Below, one piece after another: positions 51,895-64,000 of a stretch of 64,000 nt of DNA (position 1 is its first letter; the number at the start of each line of letters is the position of its first letter). This DNA is from Octopus vulgaris (lineage: Eukaryota), in contig OX597819.1 of NCBI GenBank assembly GCA_951406725.2, positions 86,738,001-86,802,000 on the forward strand, written 5' to 3'. The notes beneath the pieces were generated by a model that worked only from the letters and a program-made list of their open reading frames with translations, searched no databases and was not told where the DNA came from. Position numbers and translations under genes: made by a program.

Positions 51895-54215
51895 GATGAT
51901 GATGATTGCTTCATCTTTGCAGATGATTGCCATTTCCCTATGTACCCCCATCAACCATCATCTGCTCAAAACATCCACCCATGATCCCTCAGGTGGCTTT
52001 TAAGTCCAGCATTAGATTTGCAGTCTGCAGCAAATGTGACAGACAAAAGATGTGCCCTTTTAAGACCAGGTATTGATTTGCAGATCTTTTTGCACACTAC
52101 ACATGTTGGCTCACCTAGCTTTTTATGTAATTTTAAATGAGTGATGTACTCAGATTTATAGAGCAGTAAACGACCACGCATCTCACAAATCCAGCTCACT
52201 ATGTTCTTATTGATGTTCATACGGTGGCCTTCTCGAAGCTGGAGTTTTTCATGATCAAAATGTCTCTCTTCAAACATTCTGCAGCCTACCTTCACATATC
52301 CTTTCCATTTACCCATCTTTAAAGCAAGCACTTCCCAGTTCTGATCTTCAAGCTTAAAACATTTAAGGTTGTTTTTTATGCAATATTTATATCTTTTTTT
52401 TTTTGGTTTGTGCTGAGGGCATTTCCCAGTATGCAATTGACTGCAAAATAATTGTTTTGGGAGTCTTTCCTCATTCATGCACACATCATGGCCTACTCAA
52501 TGCATTTGAGACAATATGATGGTAGATTCAATGCTCGTGCAACCAGCATCTATAAAGATTTGTGTGTCAGGTATTTTCTGTTGTCATTTGATGTTTAGGA
52601 TTCTTCTTAAAAACTTGGTTAAAGTGTTCAAGCAAATTAAGGTGCTTACCATGTACTGTTCATGTTTCTGAAGAGTACAACAAAGCACTTAGAATGCAGG
52701 CCTTGTACACATAAATTTTGGTGTTGATACTGATGCCTTGATCTGCCTACACCCTCTTTTTAAGTTTCTCAAAGGCTACAGAGTCCTTCTGAATGCACAG
52801 GTGTATTTCTGCATCCAGTGAACCATCCCTTGATAATGTTCTACCCTAATAAAGAAAAGTGTCAGCTACACCCAATCTAGTTCCATGCACCATTATATTT
52901 GGCTCAATATATGGTTTCCTTGATGATGGGGTGAACATTACCTTGGTCTTTTTTAAAATAAAATTTCATGCTGAAGGCATTACAAGATGCTACAAAACAA
53001 TCCATGATGTGTTGCCTGTCATCCTGAGAATGAGCCAAAAAGTCAATATTGTCTGCATACACGAGTTCTCTAATTAATATTTGGAACACTTTGGATTTAA
53101 AATCGAACCTTCTTAGGTCAAAGATCCTTCCTGTAGTTCTAATTTGCGATAGAATACCCTTTGCACAGTCCTGTAATGTATAAGTCAGCATCACAGCAAA
53201 AAAATACTGAGTACAGTGTGGGAGCCAGGATATCTTCCTACCTCACGCCATTACCAATTGGGATTTCATTGGACAGTTTTCCATTCAAAACAACCTGAGC
53301 CTTCATATTTCTGTGCAGTCAAATGAACATATCAATAAACTTTGGTGGGCACCCTATTTTCCCTAATAGCTCAATGCATTTCTCCTGAATCTGCCCTGCT
53401 GAGAAGATTATATCAATCATCCTTCTGCCAGATCTAAAGCCACTTTGTGATTCAGAGATTACTTACTGTAGGACAAATGTCCTCCATCAACCTGTTCAAC
53501 AATAATCTAGCAAGAACTTTGTCCACTGACTCCAACAGTGATTCCACAGTAGTGATCGCAGATTCCTTTATCTCACTAACCTTTAAACTAGGCCACCAAG
53601 ATACCATCTACCCAATCTTGTGGTATAGGAGTTCCATCCCAGCACTGTGTGATGAGATGAAGTATTGTTTGTGTTATGTTTTTATTACCAACCTTTTACA
53701 GTTTCACTGGAATTTCATCTGATCCAGGTACCTTACCTGTGTTTTACTGGTTGATGGCCATTTTAACCTCATTATAATTTGGTAATCAATTCATTTTGAA
53801 ATTTACAACACATTGGGTGATGCCATCTTGCACATTGTGATCAACTGATGATGAATTATCAAATAAATCAGTGAAATGTTCTTGCCAACTTTTAAGGATT
53901 TTCTCTGATTCCTTGATGATGTCAGTATTGTCTTTGGAACTAATGGGAACAATAGACAAAGTTGCTGGACCATATACTACATGCAAAAGACTATAGAACA
54001 ATTTAAAATCTTTTGTGTTATAAGCACTTTGAATATCATCAGAGATCTTCAACTACCACTTATTTTCAAGCCTTCTCAGCTCGTGTTATAAGGTGGCTTT
54101 ATATTCTTTATATGTCTTTTTAATAGCAGTTAAATGTGTATCGCACTCTCCCAGAAGCTTTTCATGAAGAGCATGCTTTTTCTTTAAAAGTTGGTTGATA
54201 ACTAGATTATTACCA
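51895..54215 (-). mobile_element. Decayed RTE-clade LINE (RT plus C-terminal zinc-finger-like region) in an intron
   Basis: IRELVYADNIDFLAH, ERLPKQLFCSQL, CVVCKKICKSIPGLKRAH, EKILKSWQEHFTDLF; many stops. Confidence 0.85.
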
Positions 54216-54637
54216 TCATCATCATATATATATGTATGTATATCATTATCATCCTCATCATCATCGTTTAACGTCCACTCTCCATGATAGCATGGGTTGG
54301 ACTATTTGACTGAGGACTGGTGAATGAGATGGCTGCACCAGGCTCCAGTCTGATCTGGCAGGGTTTCTACAGCTGGATGCCCTTCCTAATGCCAATGTAA
54401 TATATATATACATACATACATACACACACACACATATATATATACATATATATACATATATACATATATATACATTTTTACATACATATACACATATATA
54501 CATACATGTATCAATATTTAGGCTGTATATATATATATATACATATATCTATACATATATGTATACATATATGTATACATATATACATACATATATATAT
54601 ACGTATATATATATGTACATACATATATATATACATA

Positions 54638-54725
<88 letters not shown>

Positions 54726-54743
54726 ATATATATATATACATAT

Positions 54744-55059
54744 GTGGTACCAGTGCCAGTGGCACACAAGAAAACCATCCGAACGTGGCTGTAGCCAGTA
54801 CCGCATCGACTGGCCTCCGTGCTGTGGGCACGTAACAAACACCATCCGATCGTGGTAGTTCGTCAGCCTCGTCTGGCACCTGTGTCGGTGGCACATAAAA
54901 TCACCCACTACACTCTCGGAGTGGTTGGCGTTAGGAAGGGCATCCAGCTGTAGAAACACTGCCAGATCTGACTGGCCTGGTGCAGCCTTTGGGCTCCCCA
55001 GACCCCAGTTGAACCGTCCAACCCATGCTAGCATGGAAAGCGGCGTTAAATGATGATGA

Positions 55060-55060
<1 letters not shown>
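54744..55060 (+). mobile_element. (GAT)n-tailed SINE fragment; an inverted partial copy lies at 54255-54396
   Basis: Near-identical to 44343-44790. Confidence 0.8.
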
Positions 55061-55796
<736 letters not shown>

Positions 55797-55797
55797 T

Positions 55798-56172
55798 GGA
55801 GGTGCAATGGCCCAGTGGTTAGGGCAGTGGACTCGCAGTTGTAGGATTGTAGTTTTGATTCCCAGACTGGGTGTTTTGAGTGTTCATTGAGCCAAAACAC
55901 CTAAAGCTCCATGAAATTCCGACAGGGGGTTGTGGAGAACTCTGCTGTACTCTTTCACCACAACTTACTCTCACTCTTTCTTCCTGTTTCCGTTGTATTT
56001 CAAAGGACTAACTTTGTCACGCTCTGTGTCATGCTGAATCTTCCCAAAAACCACGTTAAGGGTATGCGTGTCAAGTGATTGCTCAGCCACTTACACGTTA
56101 ATTTCATGAGCAGGCTGTTCTGTTGATCGTATCAGCTGGGACCCTTGTCGTTGTAACCGACGGAGTGCCAAC
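55798..56172 (+). mobile_element. tRNA-derived SINE (OR-like)
   Basis: A-box/B-box head ggcccagtggttagggcagtggactcgc...gttttgattccc. Confidence 0.75.
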
Positions 56173-56178
56173 TAAGAA

Positions 56179-56209
<31 letters not shown>

Positions 56210-56799
56210 TATATACATATATGTATATAAACATGCATATACATACATACATACATGCATACATACATGCGTACATACATACATTCATACTTACATGCAT
56301 ACACACATACATATGTATCCTGTTGATGTTGTTGAAATTTCTGTGAAGGAGCCTTGGATCTATGTTTGAAACCAACTCTTTTTCTATTGACAAGGAATCT
56401 TGGAATAAAACTGAATAATAGCATGCATACATAACATACATTCATAACATACATTCATGCACAACATAATATACATAGATAGGCCATCTAGATTAACAGT
56501 TGTAGTTGATTAAGTTTTCAGTGTAAATTAGTTCCTATTTTCATACTCTGATAGACGGGAAAGAAATCCTACCATCCATCACCAGGCAGAATTTAAATTT
56601 GGTTGATAGAATTGATAGAATAGAACTTAATAACATCAAAAATTGAATCCAACACTATTATTTCTGCCAAGCAACTGCTCTTTCTCATAACAAATTTCAT
56701 TTGTCATTGTATGGTAAATAAAGTCTCCGTGAACCAATATCTTTAAAAAGTAAATAGATAAACTAATAAATAAATAAATAAATCATAGTAATAATAATC

Positions 56800-57231
56800 C
56801 TTTCTATCAAAGGGACAAAGCCTGAAATTTTGTGGGGAGAAGGCAAGTCGATTCCATCAACACTAGTGCAGAACTGGTACTTATTTCATTGGCACTGAAA
56901 GGACGAAAGGCGAAGTTGATCTTGGCAAAATTTGAGCTCAGAACGTAAGGATGAATGAAATGTCACTAAGCATATTGCCCAGCTCATTATCTACATTGTC
57001 ATCATAATAATAATGGTTTCAAATTTTGGCACATGGCCAGCAATTTCAGAGGAGAGGCTAAGTCAATTAGATTGGCCCCAGTGCTCAAATGGTACTTTTA
57101 TCAACCTGAAAGGGATGAAAGGCAAAGTCAACCTTGGCAGAATTTGAACTCAGAATGTAAAGATGGATGAAATGTTACTAACCATTTTCACCAGTGCGCT
57201 AACAATTCTGCCAGCTCACTGCTTTAATGAT

Positions 57232-57267
<36 letters not shown>

Positions 57268-57480
57268 CCTTTCTACTATAGGCATAAGGCCTGAAATTTG
57301 GGGGAGGGGACTAGTTCATTACATCGATCCCAGTGTTTCACTGGTACTCAATTTATCGACCCCGAAAGGATGAAAGGCAAAGTCAACCTCAGAATTTGAA
57401 CCCAGATTGTGAAGATGGGCAAAATGCTGCAAAACATTTTGTCCAACGTGCTAATGTTTCTACCAGTTTGTCACCTTAAT
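56800..57480 (-). mobile_element. Three decayed Meta-type SINE copies
   Basis: Repeated gaaagga.gaaaggc.aagt..a.ct... Confidence 0.75.
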
Positions 57481-57502
57481 AACAACAACGACGACAACAA
57501 CA

Positions 57503-57532
<30 letters not shown>

Positions 57533-57535
<3 letters not shown>

Positions 57536-58092
57536 GCCCTGATGCAGTACCAGGCAGTGGCTCTCATGGCTTCTGATCTTAACTGATTGGAAGTGTTATC
57601 ATGTACATTGTTTTGTCTTGGTATAAAAGATGGGCTACAGTAAATATTCTGCTCAATACCACAGATTTGCTTGTCAGTTGTTTGACCATAACCAGTTGAG
57701 CATGTCCCTTAGTGGCTGACGATATGTGCATCTCTGATCACGAGCAGAAGTAGTGGGGGAGCATCATAGCGATGTGTTGAGAGGGATTCTTTGGGGTTTG
57801 AATAATTCACCTCTGGAAACATGGGTGTTTCGTTCAATGTCCTTAAACAACCCTTATTCAGGGACCTTTTGAGCGGGATGGGTTACTCGATCTGAAGAAA
57901 ATTCTAACTGGGCTCCACCTGCAAGGTCATGTGCTGTTTATCTTGATATGAGATCACCATGTCGCGCACATATGGTTGTGATGCATGTGCCTGGTGTACC
58001 CTTATCAGACGGGTAGTCATGATGGGTATACTGGGCTTCGTATATTTTACCCCAGTGTCACTTTGATGGCATGCTCTGCTCGCTCACTCAAT
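57533..58092 (-). mobile_element. Probable non-LTR retrotransposon fragment inserted in (TAA)n
   Basis: Higher-GC block with sharp edges between (AAT)n tracts. Confidence 0.45.
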
Positions 58093-58481
58093 AATAATAA
58101 TAATAAATTAAAGAGACAATTTCAGAATTCAATCTGTTTGATAACCAGTGTAAGTAATGAAGTATGTTGAGTCAATTTGAAGCTGGGCAAAAAGAGCAAA
58201 AATAAATACAATGATATAAATAACAACAGCAGCAAGAAATTGTGTTGACATTTTCTTAATTATCTATTTAAGTAATGAAATTTAATCTTACTGAGATGAA
58301 AGCATAATATTCACTATAAAATTTAAACTATTTAGAAAATAAATATCAGCAGTTAAAACTGTACACAATTACAAAAATACTGTCGACATTTTGACAAGTG
58401 GTAATGTTATACAAACTTTATTACATTCAAATTCTTAATTCATATATCTTCTTTTTGTTTCTTCTCTCTTTCTCAAAATAC

Positions 58482-58525
58482 TTTGAAATGTCACAAAAAA
58501 ATAGTCATTAAAAAGTATTCCAGCA
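58482..58525 (-). CDS. Unknown gene, exon 5 (AGILFNDYFFVTFQ)
   Basis: attttcag / gtattt; 44 nt, phase 2-1. Confidence 0.55.
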
Positions 58526-58693
58526 CTGAAAATATTTCTTTTATAAATGGAGAAAAAAATATAAACCCACACAGAATTGATATAAGGAATAAAACAATAA
58601 TTACAACAAACAATGAAGGGCAATTGTGCTACTTTGTATACTTTATGAGTAAAATATAACAACAAATGCCAGGTTGTAAATATATCTAGCTAC

Positions 58694-58726
58694 CGAAAAA
58701 GGGCGGCGGAATCATGTGTAACTGGT
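58694..58726 (-). CDS. Unknown gene, exon 4 (PVTHDSAALFR), 33 nt
   Basis: ctggttcag / gtagct; GC-rich island in an AT-rich intron; phase 2-2. Confidence 0.6.
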
Positions 58727-59376
58727 CTGAACCAGAATAAATGAACAAATTCATGAATGCTTGTAATTGTCACAGATATTATGGAATACAGAAAGATAAC
58801 AATTTTAGGTTTCTAACATGTGATGTCTCCTAACAAACAGTTCATGAACGGGAGATAATCATTTCATCATAATATTTGGCGGGATTAGAAGTTTGAATTA
58901 GAAATTAATGAATAAGAAAAATTATGCATAAAATACAAATCTAGTTTTCTTGTTTTACATTTTCAAAAATAATAGAATATTGAAATCTTTATATTTTTCA
59001 TCTTGGCATAAGGTCAAATCTTATAGTAGGACAAAAGGCAAACTTGGTCCAAGCAGAATTTGAACCTAGAATATATGATATACATTTTTTTTTAATTATC
59101 AGCTTAAATATAATTACTTTATGTTTTTCTTAAATCAAACCAGCAGTCATTTCATTAATAAAGAGGGGGAGTAATTAAGAATATTTCTTGTAATTAATAA
59201 TTGCAAATTTGATACAATTACAGTGAGTAAATATAAAAAATACATAGTAAATTATTATTACCATTTTCTGTTTTCTTGTGGTACTGCAATTAATAATTCA
59301 TACCATTTAAGAACTTATGTTAACCGATAATATTCTTTTACCTTAGGTTATGTCTGGTAATATACGGTTACTTTAC

Positions 59377-59400
59377 CTAAGGATATAGACAATACAATTC
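59377..59400 (-). CDS. Unknown gene, exon 3 (NCIVYILR), 24-nt microexon
   Basis: catttttag / gtaaag; phase 2-2. Confidence 0.5.
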   Translation of the reverse strand, partial: ELYCLYP

Positions 59401-59599
59401 CTAAAAATGTATGTATGTGTGAGTGTGTGTATGTATACACATTCATATATTATATGAGCTAAATCGAGATATTAACAATATAATCATTTGATTTAATTAA
59501 ATCTATACTAATATGGACAATTCCATTTTGATGGTCATAAGTTATACATGCAACAAATTCAGAAATAAAATTTGCTGAACATCTTTAACTCAAGAATGA

Positions 59600-59658
<59 letters not shown>

Positions 59659-59681
59659 TGTTGTTTTTGTTGTTGTTGTTG

Positions 59682-60199
59682 CCTTTGCACAGCTTCTAAC
59701 ACTGGAGATGTACTACAGTGTCAGCTGTTCACTACCAGTGAACTAAGGCAACACCTCTTATATTTCGAGCACCTTCCGGAGTATTCGAGCAGTTCCAAGC
59801 AATGCTGTTTTCTGCAAATGCTCCACCCTTATTGCAGCCCCTATTTGTTCCACATACTTCTCGAGATTTTTGCTCACTGTTCCTAGGGCTCTGACAATTA
59901 TTGGTACTACTGCTACCTTTTTCATCTACCACAACTGCTTAACTTCTCAAGCTAACCTGTCGTATCTCTCGACTTTTCTTTCTTCCTTATTGCACACCTT
60001 GTTGTCAGCTGGGCATGCCATGTCTATGACCCAGCATAGTTTGTTTTCTTTCTCAATTAAGACTATGTCCGGCTTCCTATTCTCAATCTCATGGTCGCAC
60101 TGAATCATAAAATCCCATAGGATCTTTGCATTTCTGCTTTCAACAATGCCTTCAGGTCTGTGGTCTTACCAATTTTTTGCCCTGTCAAGTCCATACTTG

Positions 60200-60200
<1 letters not shown>
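59682..60200 (-). mobile_element. Dong/R4-like non-LTR 3' end (RLE domain) in (TTA)n
   Basis: KILWDFMIQCDHEIENRKPDIVLIEKENKLCWVIDMACP...LQKTALLGTARILRKVL; flanked by (TTA)n. Confidence 0.85.
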
Positions 60201-60241
<41 letters not shown>

Positions 60242-60473
60242 GTTACCAATAATCAAACAAATTTTGAAATCACTAAAATCTTGTAATAGCCATATGCACT
60301 GCAATACCAATAGTGATATACATTCTAACAAATAGTTTTTTTTTTTCACAAGGTAACACAAGTACTATTAACTATACACAACTATACTAATATTTATACA
60401 CTCAGCACTATTAATAGTTAAATAAACTTCTTCCTTGTTGATGTTAATGACATTGTTAGTGTAATCAAGCAAG

Positions 60474-60519
<46 letters not shown>

Positions 60520-60600
60520 AGGGAATATAATTCCAAACTTACAAGGAAAAATTCAATTTAGCAATTCTAAATCAAATTTCACAATATATAATATATGTAC

Positions 60601-60808
60601 ATAATTAAGAGAAATAACCTCTATTAGGTAATTTAAATATACTATAATAAATATTATGAAAAAAAATCAATAAATTAAATAAACATTATGTTTATTTAAT
60701 TTATTGATTTTTTTAATAATATTTATCATAGTATATTTAAATTTTTCTATATAATATAGATAATGTCTTTCCCTATTGAATTGCTTAATAGGGGTTATTT
60801 CTCTCAAT

Positions 60809-60812
<4 letters not shown>
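60601..60812. repeat. AT-rich imperfect palindrome centred at ~60687
   Basis: 60630-60686 pairs with 60689-60743; 60601-60633 pairs with 60779-60811. Confidence 0.8.
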
Positions 60813-60862
<50 letters not shown>

Positions 60863-61264
60863 ACTGTATCACTATATCGACCAAACTGTCAAATATTGTT
60901 ATACACCTCTGGCCACAATGCACTTTTTCACTTTGTTTTAGCTTTTAATAACACCCTGCTGGCCAGGCAGGCCAACATTATCCCAGAACAAGATGCTAGT
61001 CCATTGCAGGGTTGCCCATTTACAGCTGGGTAGACTGGAGCAATCTGGAATGAAGTGTTTTGCTCAAGAACACAATGTATTATCAGTCTGGGAATTGAAA
61101 TCCCAACCTTGTGATCACAAGGGTAACACTCGAATCACTAGACCATGCACCTTCATACACACATATAGATGTTTGTGTGTGCATGCATGCATGCATGCAT
61201 GCATGCATACATACATACATACATACATACATACATACATGCATACATACATACATACATACAT

Positions 61265-61347
<83 letters not shown>

Positions 61348-61787
61348 ACTCTCCCATCGAGGATGACGTCTGAGTGTTCAGCTATTGCCAAACGATACAT
61401 ACACAAAGTGCATCTGTTAAGAGAACGTCAGTTTGATGGAGAGAGTTAGCTAATGTGTGGCGTGAACTTTTGGTCACTATAAGCAAATTATATACACACA
61501 TACACACACACACACACACACATTTGTATGTATCATATGTATGTATACATGTATGTATGTATATGTACATACAGTGATGCATGTGAAGGTTTGTTGTTTG
61601 TTGTATGTATGTCTTGTATTGGATGTTTGACTGTTGTAGTTGTAGTTTTATATTTTTTCATCAAGTTTCATTTTTTCATATTTTCATATAATTGTCTTGC
61701 AGTTTGCTCAAAACATAAAAGTTTCTAAAGTCAGCCTAAGCATTTTTTAGAACTTTCTCATCTCATCTTCAAAATGAAGTAACATAC

Positions 61788-61796
61788 CGGTGCATA
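61788..61796 (-). CDS. Unknown gene, exon 2, candidate 9-nt microexon (MHR)
   Basis: gctaac...aatttag|TATGCACCG|gtatgt; phase 2-2. Joining exon 1 directly to exon 3 would create TAG, so an intervening exon is required. Confidence 0.45.
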
Positions 61797-62133
61797 CTAA
61801 ATTTGAGATTTAGTTAGCATAGTAGACTCTCAGTTACATTTGTCATTTCTACAGAAAAGAGGTAACAATGCATAGTCTAGAAATGATCATGATGGATTTA
61901 AGAACTCTACTATTCCAAACAAACCACAATGATCTCATACAAAAATATTTTCTTAAAAAATGGCACGGGGAAAATAAATACTAAAACTGAAACATAGTTG
62001 TGTATTTAATATATTCTGGGCAGTTTTATAGTCAACTCCATGTGATAACTGGTCTCAAGGACGATATCACTTTCACAACATCCAAAGAAACATACAATTA
62101 TTAAACTGGAATATTCTGTAGTGGAAGACTTAC

Positions 62134-62187
62134 TAAGAAGTAAAAATTTCCTCTATATCCATTTGTATTTTCATGTATTCATTCAGT
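62134..62187 (-). CDS. Unknown gene, most upstream exon identified (LNEYMKIQMDIEEIFTSY)
   Basis: tctgtag / gtaagt; 54 nt, phase 2-2. The gene start was not found. Confidence 0.55.
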
Positions 62188-62728
62188 CTACAGATTTATG
62201 TCACAGCCTGAATTTCTGATTTATATAATTGTTAAGCATGTTCAGTGAAAAATATTTTGATAAAACTAAGTATAATGTACTCTGTAGAGTATTTATATGT
62301 CTTGTTAGTGAGTATATAAGCCACTTAGAAAATAATTCCATTTTGAGCATTTGGATGTAGTATTTCCTCATATGAAGAATTTCATTTAGGTAGATATAAA
62401 AGTGTATGTTTTTCAGCCCATTCTTCTGTTCTGACAGTTTTACATTCAAACCCTTGCAACAACAGGTTACAGAAGATTTCTGTTTTTTTTTAATTTTAAT
62501 TTTTTTTATTAATCTCCTGAACAAAAATACTGTTCTTAAAACTGCTATGAAATAAGATCACTCATATTTCCTTTATATCATATATCAGTAGTTAACGTTT
62601 GTCTATTCTTTCAATTATGTCACAGCTGCATAATTTACATGGGTATTTGTTGAGCAGTTATTTCTATCTTTTTATCTATCTATCTATCTATCTACAATTG
62701 CACACACACATTCATACACATGCATGTA

Positions 62729-62764
<36 letters not shown>

Positions 62765-62831
62765 TAGATAGATAGATAGATATAGATAGATAGATAGATA
62801 GATATATAGATAGATAGATAGTTAGATAGAT

Positions 62832-62884
<53 letters not shown>

Positions 62885-63173
62885 CAGAAAATGGAGAAAA
62901 CCTCAGAGTTAATACAAAAGCATGCAAAATAAACAAAAAGAAGAGAGAGTAGGAAAGAAAACATGGCCTAGTGAAGAAGTCTGGGAGCCCAATATATTAA
63001 AGACATGCAATCTTCCATCACTGGACTATAGATATACATACATACATATATATATATAGATAGATACACATATATAGATATACATACACTCACATGCACA
63101 TATATGTATCTATGTGTATGTATATGTGTATGTATATGTGTGTGGTATATGTGTGTGTATATGTGTGTACATG

Positions 63174-63206
<33 letters not shown>

Positions 63207-64000
63207 GCAAGCACATATATTTACATGTGTACATTCTAGATATATTTTTACATAGTTTTGGAATTTAATAAATATGCTAGAGTAGCATAGCCAATATTGT
63301 GTACTTCCTAAGTTACATAAAGCTATGTTGTATTTTTAATGAGCCTTAGAAATATATATATATATATATATATATATACAAACATGTATCTAAAAATATA
63401 TACATGTATATATAAATTTGACTTAGAATAACTTTTCTTATTGTATAATTTGATTATGTATTATGGTAATACTCCATATATTTTTGTTGACAATGTTATC
63501 TTACTGTCATGGAACATGAATTAAAATCTCCATGTATACCACATCTGTATCCACTTGCTTAACTTCCATCATAAGCAGAGAATGTATCATTACTTGAAGT
63601 TTTTGAGTCAAATTTATTACCAAAATTAACAGATTCACATATGAAAGAAAAGCTAACTTCATCTTTCTCTCTCATTCACTGATCAAGAACTATGGTTGTG
63701 TGATTATTTATTTTGTGTCAAAGAAATGAAGCAATTTAACTAGGACACAATACACTGAGTTCAAAGTATAACAAACTTGTAATTAACTTACAAATTCTAT
63801 GTGTATACATATCTTCTTGCATGAATTTACAAATTAATACCATTACAATAGAACCATTTCCCAGCATAGCATGTTCTCTTTATTATATAAAGTTATATAT
63901 GCCTCAAGATATATATTAACTTTCATATTTTAAACATCTCCTCCTTTCCATGGCATCAACTATAGCTCAAGAACAGCAAAGCTACTACTACTTCTTCTTC

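Noticed and set aside
55798-55870. tRNA-like sequences (also ~25610-25680 and ~41790-41850)
   Set aside because: These are SINE heads with degenerate cloverleaves followed by SINE bodies.
62201-63680. Possible further upstream exons ([11 protein letters not shown] at ~63025; MKLAFLSYV... at ~63660; ORF 62201-62524)
   Set aside because: No phase-consistent splice path to the exon at 62187 could be established.

Overview
This is AT-rich, microsatellite-dense eukaryotic DNA. The SINE families are those of coleoid cephalopods, most likely Octopus. Almost all ORFs in the supplied track are translations of (TA)n, (CA)n or (TATG)n, or fragments of decayed transposons. Recognisable content: (1) the 3' part of a minus-strand spliced gene of unknown family, reconstructed by eye as 10 phase-consistent GT-AG exons (62187 to 48869) with candidate 9-, 24- and 33-nt microexons; (2) a near-perfect 563-bp-arm palindrome (3461-4603) resembling a Penelope-like element (PLE) terminus, with a type-I hammerhead ribozyme motif in each arm, and a second minimal hammerhead at ~10460-10493; (3) two solo LTRs with 4-bp TSDs, four Helitron derivatives, mariner relics, foldback MITEs, RLE-type and RTE-type LINE fragments and many SINEs; (4) an old ~8-kb-period tandem duplication at ~8-26 kb. 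All calls come from manual reading; no alignment, folding or database search was run.
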